Source: Minisyncoccota bacterium
Lineage (GTDB): Bacteria; Patescibacteriota; Minisyncoccia; Phycocordibacterales; UBA2100
Length of the DNA stretch: 64,000 nucleotides
Reading direction: 5' to 3'
Assembly: GCA_031291875.1 (NCBI GenBank)
Contig: JARLIE010000040.1
Span: forward strand, 3,011 to 67,010
The notes below the pieces were generated by a model. It was given only the letters and a program-made list of their open reading frames with translations, searched no databases and was not told where the DNA came from. Below, in pieces: positions 9,325 to 17,830 of this stretch. The translations under genes were made by a program, and so were the position numbers. Numbering within the stretch: position 1 is the stretch's first letter; every line of letters starts with the position of its first letter.

Positions 9325-10791
9325 ATGAAGAAAGAGCTTAGCGTTCCGAGCGAGGTGCGCGAGCTCTGTAAGTCGCTATTCTCAAAAGGGTACGAGACCT
9401 ACTTGGTGGGTGGCTGTGTGCGTGACCTCTTACTTGGACGTCAGCCAAAAGATTGGGATATTACAACCAATGCAATCCCTGAGGCCATTCAGAGCACCTT
9501 TCCGGAGACATTCTATGAGAACGATTACGGCACGGTAGGTGTGGTAACCCAGGCAGAGGATCCTCGGCTGAAAGTGATTGAAGTGACGCCGTTTCGGATC
9601 GAGGGTAAGTATTCCAACGCTAGACATCCGGATGAAGTGAAGTTTAGCGATAAACTCGAAGACGACTTGGAGCGCCGGGATTTTACGATTAACGCGATCG
9701 CGTACGATCCGAATACGTCCGAGCTTATCGACAATCACGACGGACTTTCTGATTTAGATCGAAAAGTGATCGTTACAGTCGGTAATCCAGATGAGCGTTT
9801 TGCTGAAGATGCACTTCGTATGTTGCGCGCGATTCGTATCTCGGCAGAGCTCGATTTCAGTATCGATACGGCGACTGCTCAGGGCATTCTCAAAAACGCG
9901 CCGCAGTTGGAAAAGATTTCGAAAGAACGAATACGGGATGAGCTGACACGTATCGTAATGAGCCCGAGACCTCTCCAGGCGCTTTTTATAGCCCAAAAGC
10001 TAGGTATTTTGCGGTATGTTATCCCCGAGCTCGAAGAAGGCATTGGATGCCAGCAGAATCAGGCGCACTCGTTTGATGTGTTCGAACACCTATTGCGCTC
10101 GCTTCAGCACGCAGCAGACAAGAATTGGCCTCTCGACGTTCGTCTAGCGGCTCTGCTGCACGATATTGGAAAACCGGCTACGCGAGAGTGGTCGGAAGAA
10201 AAAGGAGATTGGACATTCTATGGGCACGATGTTGTGTCCGCGAAAATGGCAAAAAAAATTCTTAACGATCTCAAGTTCCCGAAAGAAATCATCGAAAAAG
10301 TAACCATGCTGGTGAGGTCACACATGTTCTTCTCCGACCCTGACGTTGTAACACTATCCGCCGTACGCCGGCTTATAGCACGCGTCGGTAAAGAAAACAT
10401 CGATGACTTGGTAAATTTGCGTGTGTGCGACCGTATTGGAACTGGCAGACCAAAAGAACACCCATTTCGTCTTCGCAAATATCTCTCGATGATCGATGAG
10501 GCAATGCGCGACCCAGTATCCGTCGCAATGCTCAAAATAAACGGCTCAAAGCTTATGGAAATGGGGGAGCGTCCTTCGCCGCGGATAGGCTGGACGCTGC
10601 ATGCACTTTTAGAAGAGGTGCTCGATGAGCCTACAAAGAACACGCAAGAGTACCTCGAAGAGCGGGCAATGAAGCTTTTACGACTGAACGACGATGAACT
10701 CAAACAAATCGGCGAGCAGGGGAAAGATCGGCGAGCAGAAGAGGATGAGGCTGCTGTTCGCGCTCTGCGCGAAAAGCACCACGTAAAGTAA
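9325..10791 (+). CDS. cca: CCA-adding tRNA nucleotidyltransferase (HD domain)
   Basis: LVGGCVRDLLLG..KDWDI, DLERRDFTINA, EDALRMLRA, LLHDIGKP. Confidence 0.92.
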   Translation: MKKELSVPSEVRELCKSLFSKGYETYLVGGCVRDLLLGRQPKDWDITTNAIPEAIQSTFPETFYENDYGTVGVVTQAEDPRLKVIEVTPFRIEGKYSNARHPDEVKFSDKLEDDLERRDFTINAIAYDPNTSELIDNHDGLSDLDRKVIVTVGNPDERFAEDALRMLRAIRISAELDFSIDTATAQGILKNAPQLEKISKERIRDELTRIVMSPRPLQALFIAQKLGILRYVIPELEEGIGCQQNQAHSFDVFEHLLRSLQHAADKNWPLDVRLAALLHDIGKPATREWSEEKGDWTFYGHDVVSAKMAKKILNDLKFPKEIIEKVTMLVRSHMFFSDPDVVTLSAVRRLIARVGKENIDDLVNLRVCDRIGTGRPKEHPFRLRKYLSMIDEAMRDPVSVAMLKINGSKLMEMGERPSPRIGWTLHALLEEVLDEPTKNTQEYLEERAMKLLRLNDDELKQIGEQGKDRRAEEDEAAVRALREKHHVK

Positions 10792-10800
10792 ACAAATAGA

Positions 10801-10865
10801 AAAGCCGTCAGACCTGGCGATGGATCTTTTCTCTTTTCGATCTGTCGCCGTCGTCTGACGGCTTT
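10801..10865. other. Long imperfect hairpin after cca
   Basis: AAAGCCGTCAGAC...GGCGA-TGGATC...GATC-TGTCGCC...GTCTGACGGCTTT. Confidence 0.6.
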
Positions 10866-11120
10866 CGTTTCGCACTCGCTTATCTCTTAAAGAACGCGAG
10901 AGTGATAATGACAAAGTACTTTTGAATCCAATCAAAGAAGCGCAGAGGCGTTCTTCGTTATAAATGAAGTTTGAAAGTACTTATGTACGTTATATTTCTC
11001 GTTTGTTAAAAACAAACGAATGCGTCAAAGATCGTCCGTTACGCAGTGTATACCCATAAAGGACACTGTAAAGGACGTCCTGTGGATATCTTGTCCTTTA
11101 TAAAGGACAAATTTCTATGG

Positions 11121-11921
11121 CTATAAATCTAGCTCTAACAAAATAGGGCAGTGATCGGATCCCGTAACCTCGGCTAGGATGATTGATCGCTTAACATGCG
11201 GGAGGAGTTTTTTTGAAACGAAGAAATAATCAATGCGCCAACCGACGTTCCGTTCGCGTGCGTTACTAAAGTGACTCCACCAAGTGTAGTGGCCCTTCCC
11301 TTTTGTGAAGTGCCTAAACGTATCGACAAATCCGGCCTTAATAATATTGTCTATGCCTTCTCGCTCCTCCTTCGTATAGCCATGCTCGCCTTCGTTCGGC
11401 CCCGGATTTGCGAGATCGTCTGGTGTATGCGCGACGTTCAAGTCTCCGCAAAAAATAATGGGTTTCTCCTTCTCCAAGGCTTTGCAGTAGTCCAAGAAAG
11501 CAGGATCCCAAGCTTTATATCTAAGCCCCAATCGTCCAAGATCAGGTTTTGAATTTGGAGTATATACGTTAACGAGGTAAAACAGCTCGGTTTCAAGGGC
11601 CATAACGCGACCTTCAGCATTCGCGTTTCCGAAACTGTCAGGTCCTAAGTCGTATTTTTTGGCTAATTCATTGGGAAATTCAAAGGAGATGTTTTCGGGA
11701 GTTTCACGGGAAAAGATGGCTGTCCCGGCATAGCCCTTCTTAGTAGTAGATGAATTCCAATACTCTTCATACCCTGGGAAATCAACTTCAGATTGGTGTT
11801 GCTCTGCTTTCGTTTCCTGTAGACACAAGAAATCTGGCTTTTGTTTTTCAACGAGCGCGGTCAGCGTTCCTTTCTTATGTACCGCGCGAATTCCATTGAC
11901 GTTCCAAGAAATGAGTTTCAT
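11121..11921 (-). CDS. xth: Exodeoxyribonuclease III / AP endonuclease
   Basis: SWNVNGIRA, CLQETK, GDLNVAH, GWRIDYF, SDHCP. Confidence 0.96.
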   Translation of the reverse strand: MKLISWNVNGIRAVHKKGTLTALVEKQKPDFLCLQETKAEQHQSEVDFPGYEEYWNSSTTKKGYAGTAIFSRETPENISFEFPNELAKKYDLGPDSFGNANAEGRVMALETELFYLVNVYTPNSKPDLGRLGLRYKAWDPAFLDYCKALEKEKPIIFCGDLNVAHTPDDLANPGPNEGEHGYTKEEREGIDNIIKAGFVDTFRHFTKGKGHYTWWSHFSNARERNVGWRIDYFFVSKKLLPHVKRSIILAEVTGSDHCPILLELDL

Positions 11922-12031
11922 ATCGTAGTTTTTATCAAGATACCATGGGCTATTTACGATTTCATTAACTCCTTCATCTTGGTCTCATTGGGAGAAGCGT
12001 ATAAAGAACTAGTTATTCAGTAAACATATGC

Positions 12032-12217
12032 GTGCGTATGAACCTATTCAATTCAGCACAGGAAAAGGGGAGTCTCGAGTGGAAATCTGTTGGGAATATT
12101 TTGCGTGAGAAACATTACGACTTGTATCCTTCTGAAAAGAAGAGGGTTGTAAGGTTGGAAGTTCAGCCAGGAAGGGCATTCCATCAGCAATTCTTTATCT
12201 TGAAAAACGCTCGCTAA
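12032..12217 (+). CDS. Small hypothetical protein
   Basis: 61-aa ORF filling the intergenic gap and ending at a terminator; no recognisable motif. Confidence 0.3.
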   Translation: MRMNLFNSAQEKGSLEWKSVGNILREKHYDLYPSEKKRVVRLEVQPGRAFHQQFFILKNAR

Positions 12218-12231
12218 CGCGAGCGTTTTTC
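12202..12231. terminator. Bidirectional terminator
   Basis: GAAAAACGCTCGC-TAAC-GCGAGCGTTTTTC. Confidence 0.8.
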
Positions 12232-12232
12232 T

Positions 12233-13141
12233 TTACCGGCGTTTCCCGTGGAACGCCTTATGCACCTCGCGAAGATGTTTGTCAGTTACGTGCGTATAGA
12301 TCTGCGTTGTAGCAATGTTTGCGTGTCCCAAGAGCGCTTGCACACTTCTAAGATCTGCGCCGTTTTCCAATAGGTCAGTCGCGAACGAGTGTCGAATGAC
12401 GTGCGGCGTCACTTTGCGAGTGATTCCAGCCTTGGTTGCATAGTGTTTCACCATAAGTTCGATGGCACGCGGTGTCATTCGGTGTGCATCCATACCTTTA
12501 GCAAAACCTTTTCCGCTGGAGACAAAAAGTGCTTCGCCCATGTCGCCACGTTTTTTTAAATACTCAGCGATCGCTTTCTTCGCATCGGGAGAAAGGAAAA
12601 CCACCCGAACCTTATCGCCTTTTCCTCGCACCGAAAATTCGTCACGAGTAAGGTCAAGATCCGAGTTGAGCGAACAGAGCTCTGAAACACGCAAACCGGT
12701 CGAGAAAAAAAGTTCCAGGATGGCGCGGTCTCTTAACGCCTGTAACGAATCTCCAGTAGGGGATTTCAATAATCGATCCAGCTCTGCACTGGTAAGAAGA
12801 TCGAGATCTCGGCCACCGACCTTCGCCAGCTCAATACGCTCAGGATCTAATGATTTTATGTTTTGTTTGCGCAAGTACTTAAGAAATGCACGCAGGGCGA
12901 TCAAATAATAATTTTGGGTTTTCTTTTTCATGTCACCTGAGTTGCCAGGCTGACGATTGAGCCAGAGCCGAAACTCGCGAACAATCTGCTCCGTCAGCTT
13001 CTCCGGCGAGGTAATTTTTGTTTGAGCCAAAAAACGAGAAAGGTATCGATCGTAATTCTCAACTGTTTTTATGCTCCGCCCCTTTTCGATTTCAAGATAT
13101 TCGAGAAACTGCGTTTTGAGTGATTTGAGATCGAGCGCCAT
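12233..13141 (-). CDS. XerC/D-family tyrosine recombinase
   Basis: RDRAILELFFSTGLRVSEL, GKGDKVR, TPHVIRHSFAT, LLGHANIATTQIYTH. Confidence 0.93.
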   Translation of the reverse strand: MALDLKSLKTQFLEYLEIEKGRSIKTVENYDRYLSRFLAQTKITSPEKLTEQIVREFRLWLNRQPGNSGDMKKKTQNYYLIALRAFLKYLRKQNIKSLDPERIELAKVGGRDLDLLTSAELDRLLKSPTGDSLQALRDRAILELFFSTGLRVSELCSLNSDLDLTRDEFSVRGKGDKVRVVFLSPDAKKAIAEYLKKRGDMGEALFVSSGKGFAKGMDAHRMTPRAIELMVKHYATKAGITRKVTPHVIRHSFATDLLENGADLRSVQALLGHANIATTQIYTHVTDKHLREVHKAFHGKRR

Positions 13142-13167
13142 AAAAAAAGTGTACCACTCTTGCAAGA

Positions 13168-13200
13168 AAAAGATCCGGCGCGACTAACGCCGGATCTTTT
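13168..13200 (-). terminator. Terminator after guaB
   Basis: AAAAGATCCGGCG-CGACTAA-CGCCGGATCTTTT. Confidence 0.75.
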
Positions 13201-13221
13201 AGTAGTAGAGAACGAGAACGC

Positions 13222-14757
13222 CTATTCAGCGACTGCCTGCACTCCGTGCACGCCGGATTCACGCATGCCGACAGGGGAGACCCTGAATGGTCGCGCCTGA
13301 TGGAGCAGCTCACCGATCGTGCGAGCCCCAAGATACCCCATGCCTTGCCGTAAGCCGCCGGAGAGTTTATCGAGCACTAGGGTGACCTTACCTTTGTAAG
13401 GAACCCGAGCTTCGACACCTTCAGCGACTAACTTTTGTACTGCGCGATCCTGCTGTCCGTACCGCTCTCGCGCCGCACGGCTGTCTCGCATCGCAGAAAG
13501 TGATCCCATCCCTCGGTATTTTTTTACCTGTTTCAGTTCGGGATCATAGACGATCTCTCCAGGAGCCTCGTCAGTGCCAGCAAGCATTCCGCCGAACATG
13601 CCGCATGATGCTCCAAAAGAAAGAGCAATCACAAGGTCGCCGGAATTTTCCATGCCACCGTCCGCGATTACAGGAATTCTTTCGAATCCTGCTTCGCGCA
13701 ATGCTCGCGCACAGTTGCCGACGGCCGATACCTGCGGCACGCCGATACCTGCGACGACTCGAGTCGTACAAATCGAACCAGGGCCTTGTCCGACTTTAAT
13801 GCCATTCGCACCCCAATTGGCGAGCGCGACAGCAGCCTCCGGATCTGAGACATTTCCTGCCACGATCTCGACGTCGCCGAATTCTCGGCGAATCGCCTCG
13901 ATCATGAGCCTCATGGATTGCGTATGCCCGTGCGCCGTATCGATCACGATCACGTCGCACTTTTTTTCGAGCAAGAGTGCGACACGTTCCATTTCAGCCT
14001 CGCTTGTGCCGACGGCTGCAGCAACACGCAGCTGATCGTTGGAATCAACATTTGCTGTCGAATGGCCCAGCAGGATTCGTTTCAAGTCTTCGAAAAGATA
14101 GAGTCCCGCAAGGGTACCGTCTTTGTTGATGAGCGGCAATGACTCCCGCTTGCAGTTCCGCATTCGCTCATACGCCTCGCGCTTTCCGATTCCTTTCGGC
14201 GCCGTTTCAAGATCCTCGGCGACGGTCATAATCTTCGAAACGCTGACGTGTTCATCTTCGCAAACGTCAAGGTCTTTTCGTGTCACGAGACCGACGAGCT
14301 TGCCGGCGCCATCTAGGACGGGAAAGCGATGGAATAAATATCCTTTCTCCCGTCGCAACGATTGCAATTGGGTAACACTCCACGTCTCAGGTACCGTTAT
14401 CGGATTTTCAATGAGGCCATTTTGGCGATGCTTGACCCGATCGACGGCGCTCGCTTGTGCTTTGGGGGTAAGGCCGCGATGGATAACGCCAATGCCCCCA
14501 TATTCAGCAAGTGCAATCGCCATATCCGCTTCGGTGACCGTGTCCATTGCCGCGCTGACAATCGGTACCCGGAGCGCAACTCGTTCCGAGAACTTCGTAT
14601 CCAACTCGGCGTCGCTGGGCATAATCTCCGAATACCGCGATTCGAATCGGACTTCCGGATAAGTAAGCCGAAGCCCAAGGTCGTTCATCATTTCAAGGAA
14701 CGTATAAACCTGGGGTCGTTGTACGCCTGCTTTCATCGTTCGTCTCCCTGGTAACAA
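13222..14757 (-). CDS. guaB: IMP dehydrogenase with CBS domains
   Basis: PIVSAAMDTVTE, IDTAHGH, KVGQGPGSICTTR, IADGG, YRGMGS; start uncertain. Confidence 0.93.
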   Translation of the reverse strand: MLPGRRTMKAGVQRPQVYTFLEMMNDLGLRLTYPEVRFESRYSEIMPSDAELDTKFSERVALRVPIVSAAMDTVTEADMAIALAEYGGIGVIHRGLTPKAQASAVDRVKHRQNGLIENPITVPETWSVTQLQSLRREKGYLFHRFPVLDGAGKLVGLVTRKDLDVCEDEHVSVSKIMTVAEDLETAPKGIGKREAYERMRNCKRESLPLINKDGTLAGLYLFEDLKRILLGHSTANVDSNDQLRVAAAVGTSEAEMERVALLLEKKCDVIVIDTAHGHTQSMRLMIEAIRREFGDVEIVAGNVSDPEAAVALANWGANGIKVGQGPGSICTTRVVAGIGVPQVSAVGNCARALREAGFERIPVIADGGMENSGDLVIALSFGASCGMFGGMLAGTDEAPGEIVYDPELKQVKKYRGMGSLSAMRDSRAARERYGQQDRAVQKLVAEGVEARVPYKGKVTLVLDKLSGGLRQGMGYLGARTIGELLHQARPFRVSPVGMRESGVHGVQAVAE

Positions 14758-14806
14758 AAAAGAGGGCCCACGCCCTCACTAAATGCACAGTAACAACTTT
14801 ATATGG

Positions 14807-15943
14807 TTATTTCAAATACTTTCTTTTCTTCAGCTTCTCGGGTAAATACGATTCTTTGTCATAGAACTTATAACCCTTGTGGTACCCGAGTTCTTTCATA
14901 AGTTTTGTAGGAGCATTTCGCACTTTGAGTGGAATCGGTAGGTTCCCAAATTCTTTAACATCAGCCTGCGCCGCAAGATATGCATCGTACGATTCGCGAC
15001 TCTTTTTGCTCATTGCGAGATAGGCAACGCCGTGCGCTAGATTGATCTGACATTCAGGATATCCGATCGTCTCGCATGCACGAAAAACTGAGTTAGCGAC
15101 GACGAGCGCAGTCGGCTGAGCAAGTCCAATATCCTCACTGGCAAAAACAACCATGCGTCTCGCGATAAACAAAGGATCTTCTCCGGCTTCGACCATGCGA
15201 GCCAAATAATAAAGCGCTGCATCTGGTTGTGACGCCCGCATGCTTTTAATGAATGCCGAAATAGTGTTGTAGTGCTCTTCTCCTTTTTTATCGTATCGAA
15301 GATGTTTCGACTGAACGGCTTCTTTGAGTGAAGCGATCGTAATCTTTCCATATAATTTTTCGGCGGTTTCTAATGCCGTGAGTGCCTGGCGAGCGTCTCC
15401 CGCAGAATATTGAACGAGCCAATCACGCGCGTCCTTGGGCAGTTTAATTTTTGTTCGTGCAAGAACTTGCTGCAATTCTTTTTCAGAAAGCTCATTCAAA
15501 ACAAATATCCGGCATCGTGACAAAAGGGGAGAGATTACTTCAAAGCTCGGATTTTCCGTCGTCGCGCCAATTAAGGTAATGTCGCCTCGCTCTACAAATG
15601 GTAAGAGGTAATCTTGCTGCGCCTTATTGAAACGATGAATCTCATCGATAAAGAGTACCTTCGGCCGAGCTCCAAGCTTGAGCTGACTGGTACCGATAAC
15701 CTTTCGTATATCTTCTTTACCAGAATCGACAGCCGAGAGTTCGTAAAATTCTGCTCCGACCTGACTCGCATAAATTCTCGCTAATGTTGTTTTTCCGCAG
15801 CCGGGCGGTCCCCAAACGATGAATGAAAAGAGTTCCTTTTTCTCAATGGCAATACGCAACGGCTTTCCTTTGCCAACCAAATGCTCTTGCCCCACGAATT
15901 CGTCCAGAGTTTTGGGTCGAATTTTCGAAGCAAGGGGTTCCAT
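14807..15943 (-). CDS. rarA: Replication-associated recombination protein A (MgsA)
   Basis: PLASKIRPKTLDEFVGQ, WGPPGCGKTT, FIDEIHRFNKAQQD, ISAFIKSMR. Confidence 0.95.
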   Translation of the reverse strand: MEPLASKIRPKTLDEFVGQEHLVGKGKPLRIAIEKKELFSFIVWGPPGCGKTTLARIYASQVGAEFYELSAVDSGKEDIRKVIGTSQLKLGARPKVLFIDEIHRFNKAQQDYLLPFVERGDITLIGATTENPSFEVISPLLSRCRIFVLNELSEKELQQVLARTKIKLPKDARDWLVQYSAGDARQALTALETAEKLYGKITIASLKEAVQSKHLRYDKKGEEHYNTISAFIKSMRASQPDAALYYLARMVEAGEDPLFIARRMVVFASEDIGLAQPTALVVANSVFRACETIGYPECQINLAHGVAYLAMSKKSRESYDAYLAAQADVKEFGNLPIPLKVRNAPTKLMKELGYHKGYKFYDKESYLPEKLKKRKYLK

Positions 15944-16112
15944 GTCTTGAACTTTACTGGCCCAGTAGCAGACGCGCAATGAAAAGGCTTTCCTTGCTGT
16001 CGCAAAAAAACTACGAATCTCCCTGTAATCTGCTCTTTTCCACACACTATCCACAGCCAAAGTATGGCTTCAACTCTTGCACTATCAGAATCGCGGGCTA
16101 TCCTTACGAAAT

Positions 16113-16631
16113 ATGTCAGGAAAAACTATAGCAATCTGGGTTGTTGTTATCATTATTGTGCTAGTCGGGGGTTGGTTCATTTACTCAAACGTCTCTTCAA
16201 ACTCCTCGTCTCAAAACGCGGCACAAAATGCCACTTCGACGGCCTCGACAGCTAGTTCGACGCCGCAAGTCCAAGCGCAAGATGTATCTGTCGGGACCGG
16301 AACGGAAGCCGTCCCGGGCGATGTTGTTTCTGTCCTTTACATCGGCAAGCTTCCGGACGGAACTGTCTTTGACTCTTCTGCCTCACACGGTAACAAGCCG
16401 CTTTCCTTCACTCTGGGCCAGCAGGGCCTCATTGCTGGATTCCAAATCGGCGTCAACGGTATGAAAGTTGGCGGCGAACGAGTTATGTCCATCCCGCCGG
16501 AGCTCGGCTATGGCGCTCAAGCAGTAACCGACGCGAGCGGTACGGTCATTATCCCAGCGAACTCGACGCTTCTCTTCGATGTTAAGCTCGTCGGGGTAAA
16601 AGCAGGGACATCTACCTCATCCACCAAGTAA
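16113..16631 (+). CDS. Membrane-anchored FKBP-type peptidyl-prolyl isomerase
   Basis: TM helix, YIGKLPDGTVFDSS, GMKVGGER..IPPELGYG, IPANSTLLFDV. Confidence 0.93.
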   Translation: MSGKTIAIWVVVIIIVLVGGWFIYSNVSSNSSSQNAAQNATSTASTASSTPQVQAQDVSVGTGTEAVPGDVVSVLYIGKLPDGTVFDSSASHGNKPLSFTLGQQGLIAGFQIGVNGMKVGGERVMSIPPELGYGAQAVTDASGTVIIPANSTLLFDVKLVGVKAGTSTSSTK

Positions 16632-16722
16632 ATAAGCCATATCTTGGCTTTTAGGCCCCTCGCCATACAGTGTATGGCGAGGGGCCTTGCAATTGAGCTT
16701 GGAATGTGATACTCTCTCGGCG

Positions 16723-16989
16723 ATGCTCACCAAGCGAAAGAAGACAAACGAAATCACTAAGGCGCAGCGCCACGACACCGACACGGGATCTCCGGAAGTG
16801 CAGGTCGCTATTTTGACGCGCCGAATTGAGGAGCTTTCTGCTCACCTCGACAAAAACCGCAAAGACAAGCACTCTCGCCGCGGCTTGCTCGGTCTTGTTG
16901 CAGACAGGCGACGTCACTTGAGCTACCTTGAGAAGACAAACAAGCGTGCCTACGGCACCTTGGTCCGCAAGCTCGGGCTCAAAAAGTAA
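16723..16989 (+). CDS. rpsO: 30S ribosomal protein S15
   Basis: HDTDTGSPEVQVAILT...KDKHSRRGLL. Confidence 0.97.
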   Translation: MLTKRKKTNEITKAQRHDTDTGSPEVQVAILTRRIEELSAHLDKNRKDKHSRRGLLGLVADRRRHLSYLEKTNKRAYGTLVRKLGLKK

Positions 16990-17067
16990 ATTCTCCCTCT
17001 TTTGCTCGTACCCTTTTAGGGGGTACACTTGGATAAGTATTTTAAAAAGTTAGTTTTATTTTTTTAT

Positions 17068-17682
17068 ATGGCAATTATCAAACACCCAGAACAACGTGTC
17101 GGCGTTTTCATCGACACGCAAAACCTCTACCACAGCGCAAAAAACATCTATCATGCGCGAGTAAACTTCGGTAACGTCCTTAAAGATGCGGTAGCCGACA
17201 GACGCCTAATCCGCGCCCGCGCATATGCGGTAACCACAGAAAGTGGCGAAGAAAAAGGCTTTTTTGAGGCTCTCGAAAAAGTAGGCATCGAAATGCGCCT
17301 TAAAGACTTGCAAGTATTCGCAGGTGGAGCAAAAAAAGCCGATTGGGATGTCGGACTTGCAGTAGATGCAATTACAACTGCTCCGAAACTCGACACCGTG
17401 ATTATCTTCAGCGGTGACGGCGACTTCGTTCCTCTCGTACAGTACCTTCAGACACACGGAGGTTGCCAAGTCGAGGTTGTTTCGTTCGGCCGCTCTACTT
17501 CTCTTAAGCTAAAGGAAGCTGCAGACGATTTTCTCGATCTCGATCAAGACCCTAAACGTTATCTCATGAACTATCGGGCCGTTCGCGCTCGGAATTTCCG
17601 TTCGAAAACGGACGCCAGCGATGAGATCGACGATTCAAGAGCATCTCTTGAAGAGATCAATCGGATCACCGGCATAGAATAA
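17068..17682 (+). CDS. NYN domain (LabA/DUF88, PIN-like) protein
   Basis: VFIDTQNLY, KKADWDVGLAVD, SGDGDFVPL. Confidence 0.9.
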   Translation: MAIIKHPEQRVGVFIDTQNLYHSAKNIYHARVNFGNVLKDAVADRRLIRARAYAVTTESGEEKGFFEALEKVGIEMRLKDLQVFAGGAKKADWDVGLAVDAITTAPKLDTVIIFSGDGDFVPLVQYLQTHGGCQVEVVSFGRSTSLKLKEAADDFLDLDQDPKRYLMNYRAVRARNFRSKTDASDEIDDSRASLEEINRITGIE

Positions 17683-17687
17683 AAGAG

Positions 17688-17720
17688 GTCGCGGGCGACA
17701 CTGTCGCCCGCGACGTTTTT
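17688..17720 (+). terminator. Terminator after NYN gene
   Basis: GTCGCGGGCGAC-ACT-GTCGCCCGCGAC followed by GTTTTT. Confidence 0.8.
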
Positions 17721-17830
17721 GACTGTGTTGTGCTATAGTGGTCTACATACAAGATAACTGTGGCGACCGGATAGGCAGGATTTAGCCCCTTGGCTTAATG
17801 CTGAAATCCGTTCGTCACTAAAATGGCGAC

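Noticed and set aside
10976-11000. dif-like site near xer (AGTACTTATGTACGTTATATTT)
   Set aside because: Poor match to the XerC/XerD arms, and the location is origin-proximal rather than at the terminus.
12233-14757. Integrative element built on the tyrosine recombinase
   Set aside because: The protein looks like a housekeeping Xer, the neighbours are core genes, and no att repeats or tRNA duplication were seen.
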